Positions 44,505 to 53,052 of a DNA stretch of 64,000 bases are shown piece after piece; position 1 is the first letter of the stretch; every line of letters starts with the position of its first letter. The position numbers were made by a program, and so were the translations under genes. This DNA comes from Candidatus Krumholzibacteriota bacterium. Its GTDB lineage: Bacteria; Krumholzibacteriota; Krumholzibacteriia; JAJRXK01. A model generated the notes under the pieces. The model was not told the origin of the DNA and did no database searches. It worked only from the letters and a program-made list of their open reading frames with translations. The stretch is taken from positions 224,001 to 288,000 of the forward strand of contig CAVSGG010000009.1 of assembly GCA_963727455.1 (NCBI GenBank), read 5' to 3'.

Positions 44505-44887
44505 CATCTGGTCGAGGAGGTGCTCAGCCCGGTTGCCCACCGCCACGTGGTTTTCACGGTACCCAAGGTGATCCGTGGATTGTTCGAGCGGGAGCGCCGA
44601 CTGTTGTCGATCCTACCGCGCTGCGCGCACCAGGCGACCCAGCGCCTGCTGTGCGAGGCGGTCGATGACCCCCGGGCGCAGGTGGGCGCCATCGCGTCGA
44701 TCCAGACCTTCGGCAGCTACGCCGCGAACTTCCATCCGCACGTCCACGCGAGCTGTTCCGAGGTCTGGTGCTTAAAGAACCCCGGCGCGCGAAGCGCCTG
44801 CGCTAGGAGACCACTCGACGCCAAGCAGGTGCGGGTTCGGACACCGATTTATCCCAGCACCGGCCAACGTGATCTCGAACTCGATGT
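44505..44887 (+). mobile_element. IS91/ISCR-like remnant 8 (most N-terminal part, with internal deletions)
   Basis: PVAHRHVVFTVPK...IQTFGSYAANFHPHVHA, followed by deleted pieces matching remnants 2 and 7. Confidence 0.85.
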
Positions 44888-45205
44888 GACTGCTGATGGC
44901 GAACTTTCTAGTCAGCCCCCTGCAAGTGTACGAAGGGGCATTGAGCATAGAGCGATCGTGATCAGTCTCGGACTGGTCCACGACAGGCCGATGGCGAGAT
45001 CGAGGGCCCTTGGAATTTCTATCTGAGGGAACATCCGCAAATTGGAAACGGTAAAAGGAAAGTGGCAGCGTCGTCGAGAAAGTGGCTCATATTCACTTTC
45101 TTCCTTGCACTTTGCCAAGGCAACATGGAAGCGGAGTAGTCCATACGGACGCGAGCTGCCAGGTGTGAGCAGGATCTCGATGCAAACGACGGGCCGCGGC
45201 TTAGC

Positions 45206-46336
45206 CTACTGGTAGTCGAACTGTGTGCTCGAGATCCACTCGTACTCGCCCTTGATGTCGGCCGAGCCCAGGTCCGCGAAGGTGAAGTTCGGATCCGTGT
45301 AGGGATGGCCGTCCTCGTCCACGAAGGTGTAGTGCTCGACGGACTCCCAAACCGAGTAGACCACGGTCTTACCCTCGATGCCGGTCATCGTCCGCGTCAC
45401 CGTGACGGAGTTCTGCTCCTGGACGGTGACCGTGGACTGAAATGCCTCGGAAAGCGACCCGCCCAGCTTGGCGCCGACACCGGAGTACGACGCGCCGAGC
45501 TCGCCGTTGATCGCCCGCGTGAAGGTGTACGAGTCCTGGTAGTCGGTCCCCTGGGTGCGCGTATACGAGACCGAGAATGACGCGCCTGGATCGACGCGGA
45601 TACTCTTGAGCGTGCTCCCGTCGCTCAAGAGCGGCACGCGCACCCAGAACCGCTCACGCATGATATTCACCGGATTGGTGAGCAGCGGGCAACCGGTGGC
45701 CGCCACGTAGTAGGCGGCGCGACGAGTCTTTTCCCCGAAGGCCGGATCCTTGGCCACCGTGACGGAGCCGTTGAAAAGAGCCCCATGGATATGCAGGTCT
45801 GGATATTGAATGAAATCGAAGAAAGCTTCGGTCCTGTCCGGGTTGATCGGCTGCGCGAGCACGCTGCCATCGTTGATGAACTGCACCCGTTTCGGGAACG
45901 GATCCGGAGGGATGAAAGAACTCCCGTAGGGGGTCGGCGACCTGAGATCCACGACGCCGTTCTCGAAAACGAGAGCCGAGTTGTGGGCGGTGTGGTCGTA
46001 ATACGACCCAGGAGCGTCGCCGTACCACGCGTTGCCGCTCAAGTACTTTTGATACTGCGTCTGGACATCGATGTCCCAGGTGAATACGCCGGCCGTCCAT
46101 GTGGGTATGAAGTCCACTTTCTTGCCCTCGATGGGAACGATGTCCGAGTAGGTGGACGAGGTATCGGGCAGGATCTCGTTCGGCGTCGAGGGGCGCGGGA
46201 TCGGCGGAAACGAGTCAGGTGGTTTCGAGCCGTTTGTGTTGGTCGTCTGATCAGGAGCGGTTGACGATGAGCACGAGGAAAGCGCAAGGGCCGCGACAAG
46301 CCACATGGCGAGGACTGAGTAGAACAGGGGCTTCAT
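45206..46336 (-). CDS. Lipoprotein with a putative Bin/Tpp (Toxin_10, aerolysin-like) pore-forming C-terminal domain
   Basis: Lipobox LSSC; RERFW, Ser/Thr-rich strands, amphipathic hairpin INGELGASYSGVGAKLGGSL, and WESVEHYTFVDEDG. Confidence 0.55.
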   Translation of the reverse strand: MKPLFYSVLAMWLVAALALSSCSSSTAPDQTTNTNGSKPPDSFPPIPRPSTPNEILPDTSSTYSDIVPIEGKKVDFIPTWTAGVFTWDIDVQTQYQKYLSGNAWYGDAPGSYYDHTAHNSALVFENGVVDLRSPTPYGSSFIPPDPFPKRVQFINDGSVLAQPINPDRTEAFFDFIQYPDLHIHGALFNGSVTVAKDPAFGEKTRRAAYYVAATGCPLLTNPVNIMRERFWVRVPLLSDGSTLKSIRVDPGASFSVSYTRTQGTDYQDSYTFTRAINGELGASYSGVGAKLGGSLSEAFQSTVTVQEQNSVTVTRTMTGIEGKTVVYSVWESVEHYTFVDEDGHPYTDPNFTFADLGSADIKGEYEWISSTQFDYQ

Positions 46337-46519
46337 TGCGACCTCCGCGGATCGGGTCTGGTGGGTGGCTCGCCTACGATGGGGGGAAATTTGCTGATCG
46401 CCGATTCGGGGGGAATGACTTTCATGATAACATCAAATAGATCGGGATAGCCCGTGAATTCTGGTGCCGGCGATGAGGTGTACCTGATTCACGCCGAAAT
46501 CAGTGTCCGAGGGAGAGAA

Positions 46520-46577
46520 CCGTTTCGCAGCTCGGTGCTCGCTTGTCGGCCGAAGCGCCCCATACAATCCGCTATCC
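46520..46577 (+). mobile_element. IS91/ISCR-like remnant 9 (diverged terminus)
   Basis: CGTTTCG...TGCTCGCTTGTCGGC.GAAGCGCC..ATACAATCCGCTATCC|GTCA. Confidence 0.75.
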
Positions 46578-46723
46578 GTCACTCCTGCTGACTCGAGTCC
46601 ATGCTTCCGCGCGGCTGATCGGCGTTTCGCTAGCTTTCTCCCCGACGTCTAGCGTACACTTGGCGCACGCGACGCACTGCCGTCGTGCGGTTACCGTACT
46701 TCCCCCGGTTCCGGAGGTATGGG

Positions 46724-47914
46724 ATGCGATCGCGCCTCCTCCCTGTCGTATTGGTATTCCTAGCACTCTCACTTGGTTGCGGCGACAGCAGCACTGGCCC
46801 CGACACGACCGGCGTCCAAGCGCTGAGGTTTGAGACTTTCCAACGCGCGAGTCTGGAATTCGGCCAGCTCGACATGAGCTCCGGAGACGCCAACCGGGGC
46901 ACCGTGACCAACCAGATCGGCCTCAGTTCGCCGAGCGGCGCGGGTTCCGGGTTGTTTTACCTTCCCGATCCGGGTAACAACCGCGTGCTGGGGTACACCT
47001 CATTTCCCACGACCAACGGCGCCGCCGCGGACTTCGTCGTCGGTCAGACCGGTTTCGGATTCAATCAGTCAGGGACATCGATCCAGCGCTTCCGGCGACC
47101 GACGGCCTGCGCGGTGTCCGACGGCAAGCTGTTCGTCACCGACTATTTCAACAACCGCGTGTTGATCTGGAACTCGCTCCCCACGGGCCCCGATTCGGCC
47201 GACGTCGTGGTCGGGCAGCCCGATTTCACGACAGCAAGCTCCGGGCTCTCGTCGACGAAACTGGGCGGTCCGATCGATCTCGCGGTCGCGGGAGGAAAGC
47301 TGTTCGTGGCCGAGTACGGCAACCACCGGGTCCTGATCTGGAACACCATCCCCACGACCAACGGCGCGCCCGCGGACGTCGTCGTGGGCAAGCCCGACTT
47401 CACGTCCGGGGGCGCCGGACCCACCGCCTCGATCACAGGCAACGTGTCAGCGGTATGGAGCGACGGAAGGCGGCTCGTGGTGACAGACGAATACAATGCC
47501 CGCGTCCTGATCTGGAATTCGGTTCCGACTGCGAACGGCGTCCCAGCGGACATCGTGCTGGGAGCGTCCGATTTCGAGAGCGAAGGTTGCTGCCGAGGGG
47601 GCTTCGACAACGCATTTGACCACCCAAGCGGACTGGCCTCGGACGGCTACAGCCTGTTCGTCGCCGACACCAGCGAGAATCGGGTGATGATCTACACGCC
47701 GTTTCCCCGCAAGAACAACGAGGCGGCGAGCCGGATCCTGGGGCAGGGCGCGTTCCACCGCGCCAGCCGGAACGACGACAACCAGGATGGGGTCGCCGAC
47801 GCCGGACCGTCCGACCGGACGATGTACCTCCCGACGGGGCTCAGCATCGTCGGCCGGCGGCTGCTGGTGGCCGATCAGTACAACAATCGGGTCCTGGTCT
47901 TCGACAGCAAGTAG
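46724..47914 (+). CDS. NHL-repeat lipoprotein, copy 2
   Basis: Near-identical to 5482-6672, with a handful of amino-acid differences. Confidence 0.85.
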   Translation: MRSRLLPVVLVFLALSLGCGDSSTGPDTTGVQALRFETFQRASLEFGQLDMSSGDANRGTVTNQIGLSSPSGAGSGLFYLPDPGNNRVLGYTSFPTTNGAAADFVVGQTGFGFNQSGTSIQRFRRPTACAVSDGKLFVTDYFNNRVLIWNSLPTGPDSADVVVGQPDFTTASSGLSSTKLGGPIDLAVAGGKLFVAEYGNHRVLIWNTIPTTNGAPADVVVGKPDFTSGGAGPTASITGNVSAVWSDGRRLVVTDEYNARVLIWNSVPTANGVPADIVLGASDFESEGCCRGGFDNAFDHPSGLASDGYSLFVADTSENRVMIYTPFPRKNNEAASRILGQGAFHRASRNDDNQDGVADAGPSDRTMYLPTGLSIVGRRLLVADQYNNRVLVFDSK

Positions 47915-48012
47915 CGGCGGTATCTGCGAGGCGGGAAAGCTCGGCGCGCGAGCGGTCCCGCTGTCGCCTGCGCTGCGCGCACGAGGCGACCCAGCGCCGG
48001 CTGCCCGAGAAG

Positions 48013-48510
48013 TCAGCGCTTGGTATGCTCTGTGTCCAAAAACGTCACAGTGGACGAGGTTACCGAAATCTCTGATGGTCCCAGCGTACCGTAGATGGTG
48101 TTCTCCGTCGGACGGATGGCGATGTGAAGCTGGTTGGGCGGCACGTTGGACAGATCGATCGCCAGATCGTACATGAACGTGCTTCCGGGGCTCGCCTGGC
48201 CCGACGGCTGGTCGTTGATCGTGACCGCACCCGCTTGGACGAAATTGTAATTGTCGGGCTCCGACCAGAGCTGGATCTGGGGTGGTTTGCTGAAATTCAT
48301 GAAATCCGTCACATCGCTCTCGAAGGTCACGGCGATCTTCGCGGTGGCGTACTTTGAAAGATCGATGTCGGGCGAGGTGACAAACCAGTCCGCTGCCGCG
48401 CTCACCTCGTAGCTCGTCGGCGTCGTGTTCTGGACACCCGAAGGGGAGTCGCTGCCGCATCCGGAAGCCAGAATCATGAGCACTGCCAGTGCCATTACGA
48501 TCACTCGCAC
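48013..48510 (-). CDS. Small lipoprotein
   Basis: GGAGG RBS; lipobox ASGC-GSDSPSG. Confidence 0.7.
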   Translation of the reverse strand: MRVIVMALAVLMILASGCGSDSPSGVQNTTPTSYEVSAAADWFVTSPDIDLSKYATAKIAVTFESDVTDFMNFSKPPQIQLWSEPDNYNFVQAGAVTINDQPSGQASPGSTFMYDLAIDLSNVPPNQLHIAIRPTENTIYGTLGPSEISVTSSTVTFLDTEHTKR

Positions 48511-48520
48511 CGCAAACCTC

Positions 48521-49915
48521 CTACGGCTGCTGGTAAAGGAAGCCGTCGAGCTTGCCGAAGCGGCTCAGCTGGGTTCCATTGGGGAAGATTGTCTCATCTG
48601 ACCAGCTTAGCCCCACGACGACCGCCGTCGAACCGTCGGCGGCTGCAGACGCGGATTCTTCGGTGTCGGAGCCGCCGATCTGGCCGACGCTGAGGACATT
48701 GCCCTCGGCGTCCAAACGGGCGAAGAACACGTCCTGCTCTCCGGTGGACGTGAGAGTCTTCGAACCGAGAGTGATGGAGCTCGAGAACTGGCCGCTCAGC
48801 AGGATACGATTTCCATCCATGCGGGCGAGTCGCAACCCAATCTGATCGTCCCCCGGTCCGAAGGTCTTGAGCCAGAGCAGCTCACCCGCCTCGCTGTAAC
48901 ACGCTACGAATGCGTCGGCGCTTGACGAGGTGGCACTGCCAGCGGCGGTGTTGAGATCGAAGTCCACCGTTCCGTTGAAGAACCCGGTGACGATGGCGTC
49001 GTTGCCCAGCGTCGTCACCGCGCGCACAGTGGTGCCGCCGGCGCCACCGAGGTGAATGGCGCCCAGCCTGGAGCCATCGGCGCCAAAACGTCCGATGAAG
49101 CTGTCGGTGTAGCCGTCGTTGGGGAGGACCTCGCCGGAGATATCCACCGAATTCTCGGCGTAGGTTCCACACACCACGACCGTGCCGTCCGCGCTCACGG
49201 CAACCCCCTGGCAGCTGGAGACTCCGAGCGTCGCCGCGGTCTCAGCCCAACTCCCGCCACCGTTGTCGCGCAGCTTCACGAGGAAGCCCGTCACGTGCCC
49301 CGGCACACCCACGTCCTCCCCCGCCACTGTCATTTCATCGCCGGCGTACCCACAGATGTAGACATTGCCGTCGCTGTCGGCCGCAATGTCTTCGCCATCG
49401 TCCATCCCGCTCGAGGAAGCACCGAGAACCCAGATTGGCTGGGTGTCCTTGTCGAGCTTGGCGAAAAAGATGTTAGTACCGCCGCTGTTGGGGAGCGTGA
49501 TCCCGCCGAAATTGATGCTTCCGTCGTAGGTGCCGACGAGGAGGAGGTTGTCGCTCGCATCCCGCGTCATGTGGGCGATTTGCGGAGCGCTACCGGCAGC
49601 CGAGGTGAGCCACGCGAGCGATCCGTCGCGGCCAAGAGCAGCGAAGTAAGTGCGCGAGCCCCCCCCCGCGGACAGTGAATCGGGCGAACCGGCGATGTGG
49701 AGCATCCCGTTGAAGGAACCCACCACGACGCGATTCCCGTCCGAGGTCACGACCACGGCATCGGCCGTTGTGCTGAGGTCGGGACGACAGCCCATACGCT
49801 TCGCGAAAACGGTGAGTCCGCCATCCTCGGGAGAAGTGGAGCCGTTCCCACAGCCGCTCAGTGCCAACGACACAAAGAGCGCGACGACGAGTAAACGAAA
49901 GAAGCTTGGACGCAC
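48521..49915 (-). CDS. Beta-propeller (SBBP-like repeat) lipoprotein
   Basis: Lipobox LSGC; repeats of the form G.F.G.I.FG..TL...G..D.F.A(K/R)LD..G...W. Confidence 0.75.
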   Translation of the reverse strand: MRPSFFRLLVVALFVSLALSGCGNGSTSPEDGGLTVFAKRMGCRPDLSTTADAVVVTSDGNRVVVGSFNGMLHIAGSPDSLSAGGGSRTYFAALGRDGSLAWLTSAAGSAPQIAHMTRDASDNLLLVGTYDGSINFGGITLPNSGGTNIFFAKLDKDTQPIWVLGASSSGMDDGEDIAADSDGNVYICGYAGDEMTVAGEDVGVPGHVTGFLVKLRDNGGGSWAETAATLGVSSCQGVAVSADGTVVVCGTYAENSVDISGEVLPNDGYTDSFIGRFGADGSRLGAIHLGGAGGTTVRAVTTLGNDAIVTGFFNGTVDFDLNTAAGSATSSSADAFVACYSEAGELLWLKTFGPGDDQIGLRLARMDGNRILLSGQFSSSITLGSKTLTSTGEQDVFFARLDAEGNVLSVGQIGGSDTEESASAAADGSTAVVVGLSWSDETIFPNGTQLSRFGKLDGFLYQQP

Positions 49916-49963
49916 GACTAGGACCTCGGAGGTTGATGGTTGTCAGGGCTTGGCGTTTTCCGC

Positions 49964-51379
49964 CTAGGGCTGCTGATAGATGAAGGCATCGACCACGCCG
50001 GCGAGCGGCCGCTGCGATCCGTCAGGGAAGCTCAAGTCGTTGGATTTGCTGCTGCCGACCATGATGATGGAAGCTCCCGACACCGTGATGCCGGTAGTCG
50101 TCTCCTCGTTCGAGCCGCCCACCCTTTGCGCCGAGCGCACCTGGCCGTCAGCAGACACGCGCGCGAAATACGCGTCGGTCGCGCCGACCGAGTTGAGCGT
50201 CGTCGACCCCGCAGTAAGGATGGTAGAGAAAGTCCCGCACACCACGATTTCTCCGGAGTCGGTGAGGGCCAAGTCGCTGACGAACTGGTCGTCGGCTCCG
50301 CCGAGGGTCACCACCCAACGCAGCTCTCCGGCCCGGCTATAACGCGCGATGAACCCGTCGATCCCTACCGCCGCCATGGATCCCGCGGAGGTGTCGACAT
50401 CGAAGTCGGCGGTTCCCGAGAATGTGCCCGCGACAACGGGCTCGTCGCCGATCGTGGCGACCCGCCGCGCTACGACGGCACCCGATCCACCGATGCGGAT
50501 GTTGCCCATCCCCGCGCCACCGGCGCTGAAACGGGATACGAACGCATTCGCCGCTCCGTCGTTGGGCAGGACCACCCCGCCGATCGTCACGCTCGCACCT
50601 TCATACCCCCCGCACACGAGCACCGAGCCATCCTGACTGACGGCCGTCCCCCAGCAGATCGACTGGGACGCCGTAGTCGCCGTCTTCTGCCAGATCCCCC
50701 CGCCACCGGACCCCAGCTTCGCCAGAAAGCCGCTGTTCTTTCCCGCGGTCCTACCGTCAGTCCGGCCAGATCGATCTCTCCGTAGCTAAAACCGGCGACA
50801 TAGATGGAGCCGTCCGGAGCTACCGCGAGGTCGGTGGCCTCGTCATCGAGCACTCCCTGCGTCCCCCCCTGAGCCCACATCGGGTGACCGGTGGCATCCA
50901 ACTTGGCCACGAACACGTCCCCGCTACCGCTGCCGGTCAGGTTGATGGATCCAAAGGTAATGTCGGAAAAGAAATACCCCGCGATCACGAGGTTGTTGCT
51001 CGGGTCGCTCACCATCGCGTGGATTTCCGGGGGAGTACCAGCACCGGGGACGAGGGTGACCGAGGAGGTCGAACCATCCGCATTGAACCCGGCCACGAAG
51101 AAGTGCGAGGTACCCGAAGGATCCGAAAATCGTGGAGGAGCCGGTGATCTGTAGCGAATGGCCGCACTGCCCTACCATCACCCTCAGACCGTCGGAGGTC
51201 ACGGCGACGTCGCCCGAGAGCGTATTGTCGCTTCCGCTCCCGAAAATCATACGCGAGAACGCGGACGATCCGCCGTTCTCAGGCCCAGTCGGGTCGCTTC
51301 CACAACCACCCAGCAGCGGCATGGCGACCGCGACACAGAATAGAAGAAGAACCGAGAACCACATACGCATGCGTGTCAC
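49964..51379 (-). pseudogene. Paralogous beta-propeller lipoprotein with two frameshifts (near 51110 and 50715)
   Basis: Three consecutive ORF pieces align with 48521-49915 and share the terminal YQQP. Confidence 0.7.
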
Positions 51380-51569
51380 CTCGAATGTTTACACTCGTGC
51401 CTGGTGGACAATTGGCTGGGGGACGCCCGGCGACCACCCGGGAGCGAGGGATGGTCAAATTTGCACGTAGGGACGATTGATGATGGCACACCCGCTTGTG
51501 GCCGTCCATCATCCTATGGCAGAGACGTTTGTCCTGTATTTGTGGCCGGAGGTGCCGGCCAGCAACTCA

Positions 51570-51690
51570 GGGCGGACCCTTCGAGGGACGCATGGCGATC
51601 TTCGACATCCGAGGCCGACGCGTGCGCGAGTTCGAGCTTCAACCCGAACGACGTGTCCTCTCCTGGGACGGACACAATCTACCCGGCGGA
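51570..51690 (+). pseudogene. Orphan FlgD-Ig-like C-terminal remnant
   Basis: GRMAIFDIRGRRVREFELQPERRVLSWDG. Confidence 0.45.
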
Positions 51691-51705
51691 TCTTCCTGGA
51701 AAACC

Positions 51706-52476
51706 TCAGAATACGACGCCGAAGCCCGTGTAGGTACTCCAGTCGGATTTCTTAACGCCGGCTGGTGGCCGCGTGTCGTGCTCGACGGCCATGCCTGCCT
51801 TGAGGTCCACGGCGCCGCTGACCTTCACTGCCAGCGAAGCGTTGACCACGGTGCGGGTGTCGCCGAAATCGGCGCACAAAGGCTGCCAGTAGCCCACTAG
51901 CTCGAGCTTCGTGCCGGCTGCGAGCGCACGCCGGGACAGAATGAAGGTCGACAGGCGACCGCGCCCGGTGTGGCCGGTCTGGCCCGCGATGCGCTCGGCC
52001 TCCAGCATGGGGGTCAGGCCCACCGCCAGGCGGCTGCCCGGGCGGTCGACGAAGTCGTAGCGCAGACCGGCGCCCGCCAGCAAGCGGGACGTCAGCCTCT
52101 GGAAGGAGTTGGCCTGGACCTGCACGAAGGATACGGTGGCCCAACGCGCGCCCAGGCGATGGTTGTGGCGCAGGTGGACCATGCCGTTGCGGTCGGTCAC
52201 CGCGTTGTCGCTCTCCTGGTACGATCCGGCAATCAGCAAGCGCAGGGTTTGGACACGACCTCGCCACTGGATGCGGCCGCCGGCAGCGAGTTGGAGGCTG
52301 GAGCTGTTGCCACCCTGCCCGGTGAACAACCCGTCCAGGCCACCGGACCAGCCGGGTTCGCGCGCCGCGAAACCGTGCAGGGTATCCACGACGACCGTGG
52401 CGGCGGCCACATGGGCGAACAGGATCAGGATGATGACGACTGAGGGTACGAGAGCGGCGCGGGCGCGACGAATCAT
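51706..52476 (-). CDS. DUF481-like outer-membrane protein
   Basis: Signal peptide; GNS; QANSFQRLTSRLLAGAGLRY; HDTRPPAGVKKSD; terminal Phe. Confidence 0.75.
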   Translation of the reverse strand: MIRRARAALVPSVVIILILFAHVAAATVVVDTLHGFAAREPGWSGGLDGLFTGQGGNSSSLQLAAGGRIQWRGRVQTLRLLIAGSYQESDNAVTDRNGMVHLRHNHRLGARWATVSFVQVQANSFQRLTSRLLAGAGLRYDFVDRPGSRLAVGLTPMLEAERIAGQTGHTGRGRLSTFILSRRALAAGTKLELVGYWQPLCADFGDTRTVVNASLAVKVSGAVDLKAGMAVEHDTRPPAGVKKSDWSTYTGFGVVF

Positions 52477-52513
52477 TGGGCTCCCCCAGGTGTGCGGGGA
52501 TACACCCGCCACC

Positions 52514-53033
52514 TCAGCAATCGCCCGCGTCGCAACGCTCCTTGATGTGGCGTAGGACCTTGCGCACCGAGACGAAACCGGTCAGCGTTCCGTCCTCTTC
52601 GCAGATGGGCAGATGCCGGTTTCCCCAGGCGGTCATGCCGTTGAGCGCGTAGGCGATGGTGTCGTTCGGGGAGTAGACGAAGGGTGTCTCGGTCATGACC
52701 TCGGAGATCTTCAATGTGGTGAGCTCAGCGTCGGGCGCCACGCGCCGGATGAGATCGCGCTCGGTGAAGATTCCCTTCACCCCGTCCTCATTGCAGATGA
52801 GAACGCTGCCGCGCCGATCCGCGCGCATCAGGGGCAGAGCATCGGCCACCGAATGCTCGGGACCGACCACTCCGGGTTTGAGGGTCTCCAGATCCGAGAG
52901 GGTGTCCCCCAGAACTCCGGTCTTCAGCCGATTCCGGAAGTTTCTCCACGTCCGCGGAGGCCAAATCACTGTGACAAACTTCGCAGGCGTCGACGCCCTG
53001 TAGATTAGCATGACCGCAGAGGGGACAATCCAT
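52514..53033 (-). CDS. Zinc-ribbon plus CBS-pair protein (frameshift near 52927)
   Basis: MDCPLCGHAN..DACEVC in one frame; GIFTERDL, VMT and RHLP CBS motifs in another. Confidence 0.75.
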
Positions 53034-53052
53034 GTGCTTCTCACTTTCGCGT

